A DNA stretch of 35,952 bases from Anaerolineae bacterium (lineage in GTDB: Bacteria; Chloroflexota; Anaerolineae; S140-20). The notes under the pieces were generated by a model, which was given only the letters and a program-made list of their open reading frames with translations, did no database searches and was not told the origin of the DNA. Shown here in pieces: positions 11,022-18,998 of this stretch. Where the stretch lies: the NCBI GenBank assembly GCA_027021705.1, contig JALUTT010000075.1:1-35952 (forward strand). The letters run 5' to 3'. The first letter of the stretch is position 1. Every line of letters begins with the position of its first letter. Position numbers and translations under genes: made by a program.

Positions 11022-11050
11022 ATTATCCCCCGAGTTTCCCCGGATGTCAA
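11022..11050 (-). promoter_or_regulatory. sigma70 promoter for the cupin-methyltransferase pair
   Basis: Minus strand TTGACA, 17 nt, GATAAT, about 70 nt upstream of ATG 10953. Confidence 0.7.
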
Positions 11051-11109
11051 GCTCTTCGGCGCGGACCGTCTCGCAGCCCCCGGTGTAGGGGGCGGGAGAG
11101 GGGCGTCTC

Positions 11110-12159
11110 CTACTCCAGCGGCGGGACGGCGATGCGCCATAGGCTGGAAGGCGTGTCTTCGTCCTCGCCCGGATGGGACTCAAAGACGATGAAACGACCG
11201 TCCGGCGACCAGGAGGGCGCGCCATCCTCGTGGGTGCCGTTGAAGGTGACCCGGATGGGCGTGCCCCCTTCCGCCGGGATGACGAAGATGTTGGGCGTGG
11301 GCAGGTCGCCGTAGTCGGAGGAGTAGACGATGTAGCGGCCATCGGGCGACCAACTGGCGTCCGTATCGCTGGACGCTTGGTCGGTGACCAGGCGGAGGTC
11401 CGAACCATCGGGGGCTATCGTGTAGATGTCCCAATCATCGCTGCCGGGGTCGCGCCGCTGAAACAGAATCCGCTCCCCCGTGGGAGACCAGTTCGGCTGG
11501 CGGTCGTCCACCCCTTCGGCCGGGCCATCGGTGAGGATGGTCAGCCCGGTTCCGTCGGCCCGCACCTTCCAGATGCTCCCCTGTTGCCGGTCGTCGGGCC
11601 GTGCAGCATCCGCCTCAAACACGATCCACGCGCCGTCCGGCGACCAACTGGGCTCGATGTACCAGGGTGGGCCGTGGTGGGTTGTGATGCGGGTGAAGCC
11701 CGTGCCGTCGGGCGCGATCTGCCACAGGTCGTCGCTTTCGGCCCGGTCGGAGGCGAAGACGATCCGGTCGTGGACCGCGCTCCAGGCGGAGCCGGGCAGA
11801 TTGACGTTGTCCTGATCCTCCTCCGGCGTCAGACGGACGATCTCGCCGCCGGAGAGGTCCAGCCGGAAGATGCCGGCCGGCCCGATGTTGTAGCCGTTCT
11901 CAAAGCGGGTGAAGGCGAGAAAACGACCGTCCGGCGAGAAGGCGGGGTTCTGATCGCTGGCCCCCGACGGCGGGGTGGTGAGGCGCTGGGCGCCATCGGA
12001 TCGGGTGGCCTGTTCGGACATGACGGTCGGCAGGAAGACGTGGGAGGGGGTCGCGGTGGCGCTCTCCGTCGGGAGGGCCTCCGCCGGTTCCTGGGCGGAG
12101 GACCGGCAGGCCCCCATCAGCGAGGCGATGACCAGCACAATTCCCACGATTCGTCGCAT
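11110..12159 (-). CDS. TolB-like/PD40 beta-propeller lipoprotein (349 aa)
   Basis: AAGGAG RBS before ATG 12159, signal peptide ending in lipobox LMGAC, and repeated P(S/A/N)(W/F)SPDG motifs. The ORF extension to 13377 overlaps the kelch gene and is not credible. Confidence 0.88.
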   Translation of the reverse strand: MRRIVGIVLVIASLMGACRSSAQEPAEALPTESATATPSHVFLPTVMSEQATRSDGAQRLTTPPSGASDQNPAFSPDGRFLAFTRFENGYNIGPAGIFRLDLSGGEIVRLTPEEDQDNVNLPGSAWSAVHDRIVFASDRAESDDLWQIAPDGTGFTRITTHHGPPWYIEPSWSPDGAWIVFEADAARPDDRQQGSIWKVRADGTGLTILTDGPAEGVDDRQPNWSPTGERILFQRRDPGSDDWDIYTIAPDGSDLRLVTDQASSDTDASWSPDGRYIVYSSDYGDLPTPNIFVIPAEGGTPIRVTFNGTHEDGAPSWSPDGRFIVFESHPGEDEDTPSSLWRIAVPPLE

Positions 12160-12281
12160 GGTGCTTCTCCTTGACGGCCGAGGCGAGGTCAATGGTTGCG
12201 CAACACCAAAGGCAGGAATATCGGGCAGCCCAGGTCGCGAATAGCATAGATGTCCTCTGGCGGCGCAATCATCGTCATCAT

Positions 12282-14774
12282 TCACCGGGTGACCAGCGGC
12301 AGGTAGACCCGGTACGTCGGCGGGTTGATCAGAACGATGGCCGATTGGCTCGGCAGGCCGTTCACGAAGACGGTGACCAGGGCGTAACCGGCGGGCCAAT
12401 CGTCCACCGGCTGCGAGGTGAAGGCATTGGTGGAAAAGGGGGAAGACGGATCGGGTGGGAGCCAGCGAACGTGCTCGTTGTCCGGCCGCATGAGCTGCAC
12501 CAGGGGGTAGTTCGTGGCCGAGTTGGTCGTCGCGCCCCCCGAAGCCTCCGTGTATCCGTAGCCGCGCAGGTTGTTGCCCCCTATCGTCAGCCGGTCCCCC
12601 GGGTCCAAGGGGGAGTTCGTCGTGGTGATGGTCGGCCGCCAGGTCGTCTGGAACCCCAGGCCGGCGTCGAGCAGTTCGCAACTGGTCGGCGCGTTGCTGC
12701 CACCGGCGCCCCCGGCGACCAGCACCCGACCGTCCGGCAGCAGGGTCGCCGTGTGGTCGGTGCGCATCACGCTGAGGCTGCTGCTGAGGGTCGTCCACGT
12801 GCCGGTCGCAGGATCGTACAACTCGGTGCTCTGGTTGCTGGTGCTCCCCACCACCAGCACCTGACCGGAAGGGAGCAGGGTGGCGGTGTGTCCGGTCCTC
12901 GCGGTGCTCATAGAGCCGGTCAGGGACCACGTGCCGGTGGCCGGGTCGTAGATTTCGGCGCTGGCCATAGGGCTGCCTGTCGAACCGCCGGTGACCAGCA
13001 CACGACCGTCCGGCAGCAGGGTGGCCGTGTGTTTCGACCGCGCCGCGTTCATGCCGCCGGTCACCGTCCAACTGCCGGTGGCCGGATCGTACAGTTCGGC
13101 GCTGCTGGTGAAGCCGGGACCAGGGACAATGCCGCCGGCGACGAGCACGCGGCCGTCCATGAGCAAGGTAGCGCTGTGCGCGGCACGGGCCACGTGCATG
13201 TTGCCGGTCAGCGTCCAGGTCCCCGGGGTCGGGTCGAAGACCTCCGTGCTGGTCACCACGGTAATGGTGCCGCTCAGATCGCCCGTCGCGCCGCCGGCCA
13301 CCAACACGCGCCCGTTGGGCAGGAGGGTGGCGGTGTGCGCGTAGCGCGATACCTGCATGTCGGGCATCGGCGTCCACACGCCGGTGCCGAGGTCGAACCG
13401 TTCGGCACCGGCCAGGGCGTAATGCGTACCGTCATCGCCGCCGGTGACCAGCAGACGGCCATCCGGTAGCAGCGTGGCCGTATGGCCAAAGCGGGGCGTG
13501 CTCATGCTGCTGGCAGTGGACCAAGTGCCGGTCGTCGGGTCGTACAGCTCCGGCGTCAAACTGCCAAGCCCCATGCCGCCGACGAGCAGCACTTTGCCGT
13601 TGGGCAGCAGGGTGGCCGTCTGGCCGCTGTGCTCGGCGCTTAAGTTGTTGCCCGACGTCCACTGGGGGGTGGCCGGGGCATAGCGCTCCGTGGAATTCAG
13701 GACGCTGCTGCCGTTCCGCCCCCCGACGAGCAGGACTTCGCCCGAGGGCAGGAGGGTGGCGGTGTGTTCGTGGCGTCTGGTGCCAAACCCACTCACCGTG
13801 GCCCAGCCAATGGCCGAACTGTACACTTCGCCGTCGGATAGCGACGCAGCGCCGGAGTAGCCGCCCACGACCAGCACACGACCGTCCGGCAGCAAGGAGG
13901 CGGTGTGCCAGGCCCGGGCGGTGTGCAGCGAGACGGCCGACGACCAGGTGCCACTGACGGGGTTGTACAGTTCGGCGCTTTTGAGGTAGGTGAAGCCGCT
14001 CACGCCGCCGGCCACCAGCACCTTGCCATCGCGCAGCAGGGTGGCGGTGTGCGCACTGCGGGCGGTGCTCAGATTCCCCGTGGTGCTCCAGGTGCCGGTG
14101 ACCGGGTCGTACAGCTCGGCGCTCCCCAGCGAGCCCCCGCTGCCCACCCCGCCCGCGATCAGGACTTTGCCGTTGGAGAGCAAGGTGGCCGTGTGCATGG
14201 CGCGGGCCGCGTTGAGGCTGCCGGTGGTGGACCAGGTGCCGGTGGACGGGTCGTACAGCTCGGCGGAGGAGAGGTAGCCGTCGGTGGCGTTGAAGCCGCC
14301 GACGACGAGCACGCGGCCGTCCGGCAAGAGCGTGGCGGTGTGGAGCCGCCGCGCTTTGTCCAGGCTCCCGGTGGCCGACCACGTGCCGGTACCCGGATCG
14401 TACAGCTCGGCGGTGGCCAGATAGCCGTCCGTCGAGTTGTATCCCCCGACGAGCAGCACGTGGCCGTTGGGCAACAGGGTGGCCGTGTGGCCGTCGCGGG
14501 GTTTGCTCAGGTCGCCGGTGGCCTGCCACTTTCCGGTGGCCGGGTCATACGATTCGGCGCTCTTGAGGAAGTTGCTGCCGTTCATCCCGCCGGCGACGAG
14601 CACGTGACCGTCGGGCAGCAGCGTGGCGGTGTGACGGTTGCGTGCCGTGCTCAGGCTGCCGGTGGGGATGGAGGTGCGGGTTGCCGCGAGCGGGCTGGAG
14701 GAGGGTGCGCCGCCCAGCAACGCCGTGAGCAGGAGGCCCACGATCCATAGGTTGTGTCCCATCGCACGTCGCAT
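12282..14774 (-). CDS. Secreted kelch-repeat protein (14 repeats) with a probable Ig-like C-terminal domain
   Basis: AAAGGAG RBS, signal peptide, 14 R..HTATLLPDGRVLVxGG...AELYDP..W repeats; ends in VYLPLVTR. Confidence 0.92.
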   Translation of the reverse strand: MRRAMGHNLWIVGLLLTALLGGAPSSSPLAATRTSIPTGSLSTARNRHTATLLPDGHVLVAGGMNGSNFLKSAESYDPATGKWQATGDLSKPRDGHTATLLPNGHVLLVGGYNSTDGYLATAELYDPGTGTWSATGSLDKARRLHTATLLPDGRVLVVGGFNATDGYLSSAELYDPSTGTWSTTGSLNAARAMHTATLLSNGKVLIAGGVGSGGSLGSAELYDPVTGTWSTTGNLSTARSAHTATLLRDGKVLVAGGVSGFTYLKSAELYNPVSGTWSSAVSLHTARAWHTASLLPDGRVLVVGGYSGAASLSDGEVYSSAIGWATVSGFGTRRHEHTATLLPSGEVLLVGGRNGSSVLNSTERYAPATPQWTSGNNLSAEHSGQTATLLPNGKVLLVGGMGLGSLTPELYDPTTGTWSTASSMSTPRFGHTATLLPDGRLLVTGGDDGTHYALAGAERFDLGTGVWTPMPDMQVSRYAHTATLLPNGRVLVAGGATGDLSGTITVVTSTEVFDPTPGTWTLTGNMHVARAAHSATLLMDGRVLVAGGIVPGPGFTSSAELYDPATGSWTVTGGMNAARSKHTATLLPDGRVLVTGGSTGSPMASAEIYDPATGTWSLTGSMSTARTGHTATLLPSGQVLVVGSTSNQSTELYDPATGTWTTLSSSLSVMRTDHTATLLPDGRVLVAGGAGGSNAPTSCELLDAGLGFQTTWRPTITTTNSPLDPGDRLTIGGNNLRGYGYTEASGGATTNSATNYPLVQLMRPDNEHVRWLPPDPSSPFSTNAFTSQPVDDWPAGYALVTVFVNGLPSQSAIVLINPPTYRVYLPLVTR

Positions 14775-14880
14775 CGGCTTCTCCTTTGACGATCACCGTT
14801 CACCGTTGGAAGCGTGAGTTGACCGCCGGGACCTCGAGGAGGCCCCCGGCGGACCCGGTGGATGAATGCGCCCATCGGCC

Positions 14881-17496
14881 CTATTGCAGCCGGCCTGTCC
14901 TCGCGGCGTTGCTCAGGGCGGACCCGGAGGAACGCAGCACCAAGGGGAGGTAGATCGCTGCGGATCCGCCTCCCTGGGCTCCGATGGCGAGCACGCCGCC
15001 GCCGTCGGCCTGCAGGCCACCGCCGGCGCTGACCGTGACCTCCACCGCCCCCCCTACCGTCTGCGTGACGACGGTGTAGCCGCCCTTCGGCGTGAGGCCG
15101 GTGATGTAGTGGACGCTCACGGTCACCGGGACGGTGTAGGTGAGGCCGGTGAAGAGGTCGTCCAGGTCGTAGGGGAAGAGGACGACCGTCTCCCCCACCA
15201 CCGCGCCTTCAAAGGAGGTCCTGCCGGTGTCCTCCACCAGGGAGACGGGCGTCGCGCTCGCCCCTGCATCGGCCCCCTCCAGCACGTGCAGGAAGCGGAC
15301 GTCGGCCGGGCCGCCGGGCGCTTCCGTCCGCAGACGGTACTGCATCGGCTCATCCTCCGCCACTTCGTCGGGAAAGGGTTCCATCGCCACGGCGGCCAGG
15401 GCGGCGTTGTCGGGGAGCAGGCTGGTGATGAAGAACTGCTGCCCGGAGGCCGTCGTGACGGTGGCCCGGTTGTCGCTGATGGTGGGCTGGGCGGGCAGGT
15501 TGAGCCAGAAGCGCTTGAAGCGGCCCGAGGTCCCCGATATGGCCCGGTCGTAGATCACCACCACGTCCGGCTGCAACCAGAACAGCGACCGGCTGACGTG
15601 CAGGATGTCGGCCGATTGGAGATCGGTGGCGTTGTACAGGTCCGTGGCGTCGCCCAGGAGGTAGACGTAGCCGTTGCCGAAGCTGTAGGCCAGCAGTTCC
15701 CCGTCGCCGTCGTTGGTGTACAGGTACTCGGAGCCGTGCAGGTAGCAGTTGTACAGGAAGTCGTCGGCGGCCACGTTGGGTGGATCGTTCTCCAGGGCCA
15801 GGTTGTTGTGGTAGTCGGAACGGCCCGTGTTGCACCCCCAGGGCTCCTGGGAGCCGTCCCAGCCGACCCGCCCTTTGGTCAGCCACTCCCCCTTCCGGTA
15901 GAAGCCGAACTGATTGCCTTCGGCGAGTTGGTGGTCAATGTTGATCCAGCCGATGAGGTAGCTGAGGAACCTGGCATCCGGCCCCCAGTCGGTGCGGGCC
16001 AGGATGCGGCCAATGCCCGGCGCGTAGTAGGTCGTCCCCAGCCCGGCGTGGGGGTCCGAAGGGGCGGCGGCGGTGGGGTCGAACAGGAGGAAGTAGAGGA
16101 TGGCGTCGCGGAAGACCTCGGCATCGCTCACCCGGTCCAGCAGGCGGGACGCGCCGCCGGGGGGCGTGTTGGTCTGGATCCAGCGGATGGCGTTCAGGCG
16201 GGTCGAGTTGCCCCGCAGGTCGTCGTAGACGCCCATCGGCCCAAAGACGCCGATGAAGTCGGGGGCCCAGTAGTGCTGCCCGTCACCGTACCAGGCGGGG
16301 CGGTAGGCGTCGCCCAGCCAGGAGGAGCTGGCCTCGGTGCGTGGGCTGAGGGAGTGCAACAGGGCCGGGATCATCGCATCCCAGAAGGGGTTGCCGCCCC
16401 AGTTCACTTGCGAACCGCGCGCCGTCGGGTCGGCCTCTCCGGCGGTGTACAGGGCCAGCAGGAACTGGGCCGCGAACCCCAAGGAATCGGGGCCGTAGAG
16501 CCACCCCTCCGGCGAGAAGCCCCCCTCCGCCTCCGTGCGCAGCATGTGGTCCACCACGTACAGCCAGGCCCCGGTGGCGCTGTCCAAATAGGCGCCCAAC
16601 TGCCCGCCGGGGTCGTCGGCCGGGTCGAGGGCCATGCTCATCAGTCCGATCTGGCGCATGTGGGCCAGGTAGTAGTTGTTGGCCGACCACCGGACGCGCA
16701 CGGTATCGCTGATCAGCGCCGGATCGTTGAGGAGGCCGGCCGGCTCTGGGTGGTTGTAGGCGGTGACGTTGGCGTTCATGTTCTCGTCGGCCCAGCGCAG
16801 GAAGACCTGGCGGATGGTGGCCTTGTCCTGGGCGGAGAGGTAGGGGTAGATCCAGTCCACCGTCAGGGGGAAGCCCTCGCCCCACCAGCGGGAGCGGTCG
16901 TAGGTGGAGAAGGCGGGGTCGCGGAAGGGCTGACCGTCGGCCGCGCCCTTGGCCGCCTCGTTCATCACGTGCATGAGCAGGGTACGGGCGCGTTGGGCGT
17001 AGTCGTCCCGCGTAGCCTGGTCGTTCTCGATCAGCGACATAAAGGCGAAGAGCATGGCGTACATCTCGTTGGGGTACTGCTCCCAGGTGATGCCGCCGCT
17101 GTCGCCGGAGGGGAGGTGGCCGGCGTCCATGTCGGCCTTGGCCTGGGCGGCCAGCAGGGCCAACCCGTCTTTGTACATCGGGTTGCTGGCGACGGCCCAG
17201 GAGCGCAGACGGGAGAGGTCGCCGGCGCGTACCCAGAGGCGGGGGTGACCGCTGGCGAGGGTGGTTTCGAGAGGGGCGGTGGGGGGTGGGGGTTCAGGGG
17301 AGGGGGTGTCGGAAGGCAGGGCCGTGTTCGTCGCCGTCGCCGGCCTCGGGGCTTCCACAACGGCGTTCGTCGCCGTCGCCGGCCCCTGGGCTTGCACCGT
17401 TGACCGGCCCTCCGTCGGGGGGGCGTTCGGCAATGGGTTGCACGTCGTCAGCAGGAAGACCATCACCAAGAGCGATAAGAGGTATCGTCTGCGCAT
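14881..17496 (-). CDS. Secreted/lipoprotein hypothetical, heparinase II/III- or oligoalginate-lyase-like architecture
   Basis: GAGGAG RBS, signal with LLTTC, P/T-rich linker, HPRLW, NNYY..H, PEG..YG, RTDWG, DHQ..GNQF and HNNL motifs; IYLPLVLR near the C-terminus. The CDS is firm; the function is inferred. Confidence 0.75.
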   Translation of the reverse strand: MRRRYLLSLLVMVFLLTTCNPLPNAPPTEGRSTVQAQGPATATNAVVEAPRPATATNTALPSDTPSPEPPPPTAPLETTLASGHPRLWVRAGDLSRLRSWAVASNPMYKDGLALLAAQAKADMDAGHLPSGDSGGITWEQYPNEMYAMLFAFMSLIENDQATRDDYAQRARTLLMHVMNEAAKGAADGQPFRDPAFSTYDRSRWWGEGFPLTVDWIYPYLSAQDKATIRQVFLRWADENMNANVTAYNHPEPAGLLNDPALISDTVRVRWSANNYYLAHMRQIGLMSMALDPADDPGGQLGAYLDSATGAWLYVVDHMLRTEAEGGFSPEGWLYGPDSLGFAAQFLLALYTAGEADPTARGSQVNWGGNPFWDAMIPALLHSLSPRTEASSSWLGDAYRPAWYGDGQHYWAPDFIGVFGPMGVYDDLRGNSTRLNAIRWIQTNTPPGGASRLLDRVSDAEVFRDAILYFLLFDPTAAAPSDPHAGLGTTYYAPGIGRILARTDWGPDARFLSYLIGWINIDHQLAEGNQFGFYRKGEWLTKGRVGWDGSQEPWGCNTGRSDYHNNLALENDPPNVAADDFLYNCYLHGSEYLYTNDGDGELLAYSFGNGYVYLLGDATDLYNATDLQSADILHVSRSLFWLQPDVVVIYDRAISGTSGRFKRFWLNLPAQPTISDNRATVTTASGQQFFITSLLPDNAALAAVAMEPFPDEVAEDEPMQYRLRTEAPGGPADVRFLHVLEGADAGASATPVSLVEDTGRTSFEGAVVGETVVLFPYDLDDLFTGLTYTVPVTVSVHYITGLTPKGGYTVVTQTVGGAVEVTVSAGGGLQADGGGVLAIGAQGGGSAAIYLPLVLRSSGSALSNAARTGRLQ

Positions 17497-17572
17497 TGCA
17501 CTCCTCCGTGGTCAGGATTGAAGCCGCCTGGACGCGACCGAAAACGGTTGGGGTAAAGGTGCGGGAGTGGGT

Positions 17573-18610
17573 CTAATGGACGCCGGAGAGCACCAGAGGA
17601 AGGTAGGCCCGAGGGGGGCCCTGAAAGACCTGCCCCGAGTCCGGGTCCACCATCAGCGAGGAGACGTCCACCGCCTCGAAGTCGGAGCCCCGCACCTGCT
17701 TCAGCTCCTGCAACACGTCGTTGTCCCAGCGGTCGTCCGGCACGCCGGAGAGGAACCAGGGCGAACCGTTGTCGGCCAGGATCATGCCGTAGGTCTTCAG
17801 GGCCTGCAGGATCACCTGGGCGTCGGGCGAGAAGCCGGAGAGGTCGTAGTCGGCCTTCAGCCGGAAGCGAATGCCCATCGGTGGGTACTGGGCGCCGGTC
17901 AGGCTGGAGGCGAAGTGGCGGGCCGGCCAGACGTAGGCCCGTTGAGTCTGCGGCGCGGTGAAGCGCAGGGCGTGGTGGATGGCCCCGCCGGCGACCTCAT
18001 CGTAGCGCACCAGGCCGGGGAAGATGGGGAGGCCGGCGGCGTCGGCCGAGGTCCAGCCCTCCGGGCGGAGGGTGTTGCTGTTCAGGTCGAAGATGGCCCC
18101 GGAGTCGGCGGTCCAACTCCCGTCCGGCTGCGGCCAGGCGTAGAAGAGTTCGTACAGCAGGCAGTTGTCCCGGTCAATGACGATGACGTGGCGGTCGCCG
18201 TCGCTGTCAGGACCGCCCTCGATGGGAGCGTTGGGAGGGATGGGGTAGGGGCCGGGATCACTCTCGTCGTCGTAGGTGAAGCTGACGCTGACCTTGGGCT
18301 GGGTGCCGGGCACCTCTACGTAGGGGATGCCGATGGGTGCCCCCTGCCACTCTCCTGCGCCGAAGTCGGCGTACAGGTTCGCGTTCGCGCCGATGGTGTT
18401 GACGTAGGCGTCGGAGTTGGGATGGACGGGCAGGGTGTCTACGGGGGTGTTCCAGATGTTGTCGGCGGGGAAGATGGAGCAGGAGAGGGCGGTCGCGGTC
18501 GGCCCCGTCGGTTTCGGTTCCGGTGGCAGGGGAACGGAGGCACAGACGGCCAGCAGCGTCAGGGGGAAGATCAAAACTGAAAGGAAGGCAAGGTATCGGG
18601 GCCTAACCAT
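17573..18610 (-). CDS. Secreted conserved hypothetical protein
   Basis: GGAGGAG RBS, signal peptide, IFPADNIWNTPV, SDGDRHVIV, WTSADAAGLP and YGMILADNG; ends AYLPLVLSGVH. Confidence 0.85.
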   Translation of the reverse strand: MVRPRYLAFLSVLIFPLTLLAVCASVPLPPEPKPTGPTATALSCSIFPADNIWNTPVDTLPVHPNSDAYVNTIGANANLYADFGAGEWQGAPIGIPYVEVPGTQPKVSVSFTYDDESDPGPYPIPPNAPIEGGPDSDGDRHVIVIDRDNCLLYELFYAWPQPDGSWTADSGAIFDLNSNTLRPEGWTSADAAGLPIFPGLVRYDEVAGGAIHHALRFTAPQTQRAYVWPARHFASSLTGAQYPPMGIRFRLKADYDLSGFSPDAQVILQALKTYGMILADNGSPWFLSGVPDDRWDNDVLQELKQVRGSDFEAVDVSSLMVDPDSGQVFQGPPRAYLPLVLSGVH

Positions 18611-18827
18611 TGTCGAACCTCTCCTCCTCGGTCCAACCCCGGTCCCTCGTCATCACCCCAAAGCGGCGCATAAAGCCCAGCATCCCCTGGAAGTCGAGGA
18701 AGACCGTGTTCTTGCCGCTCTGCACGTGCTCGATGCGACCGCGCCAACGAGGCCCGGCGTCCGACCACTCCTGCCAGAAACGGACGACGAAGGTGCTGTT
18801 CGGCGGGCGTAAGGGTTCTTCGGCCAT
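18603..18827 (-). CDS. Small hypothetical protein (FVVRFW...WRGRIEHVQSG type)
   Basis: AAGGAG RBS; overlaps the next start by 8 nt; resembles small beta-rich proteins I recall beside BTAD regulators (unverified). Confidence 0.75.
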   Translation of the reverse strand: MAEEPLRPPNSTFVVRFWQEWSDAGPRWRGRIEHVQSGKNTVFLDFQGMLGFMRRFGVMTRDRGWTEEERFDNG

Positions 18828-18958
18828 ACAGGGCTCCTTGCTCCAACCAAACGGGGCCGATCTTGAACGACAGGGGCCTGGTGGTGCTTCCCCAGGCCCC
18901 TGTCACTCCGGCGATGAACGGCTCTTGGTACAAAGGTCTGGCCTTCACAAGGCAGCGT

Positions 18959-18998
18959 ATCCTATGGCGGTCAAAAAGGTGTCAAATCGGCGGTCAAA
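18959..18998 (-). promoter_or_regulatory. Candidate SARP-dependent promoter: three phased TTTGAC repeats plus a -10-like TAGGAT
   Basis: Minus strand TTTGACCGCCGA-TTTGACACCTT-TTTGACCGCCA-TAGGAT, with repeats 12 and 11 nt apart, directly after the SARP stop codon. Confidence 0.6.

Noticed and set aside
12160..13377. N-terminal 406 aa of the 755-aa ORF 11110..13377
   Set aside because: Off-frame overlap with the kelch gene, R/H/P-rich; the real start with RBS and signal peptide is at 12159.
17326..17384. 20-nt direct repeat with a 39-nt period
   Set aside because: Encodes the duplicated PATATN linker of the lipoprotein; ordinary low complexity.
14866..17403. 845-aa plus-strand ORF (likewise 11173..12174, 12171..13469, 17567..18580, 19539..20810, 20940..22169)
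   Set aside because: Antisense shadows of well-supported minus-strand genes.
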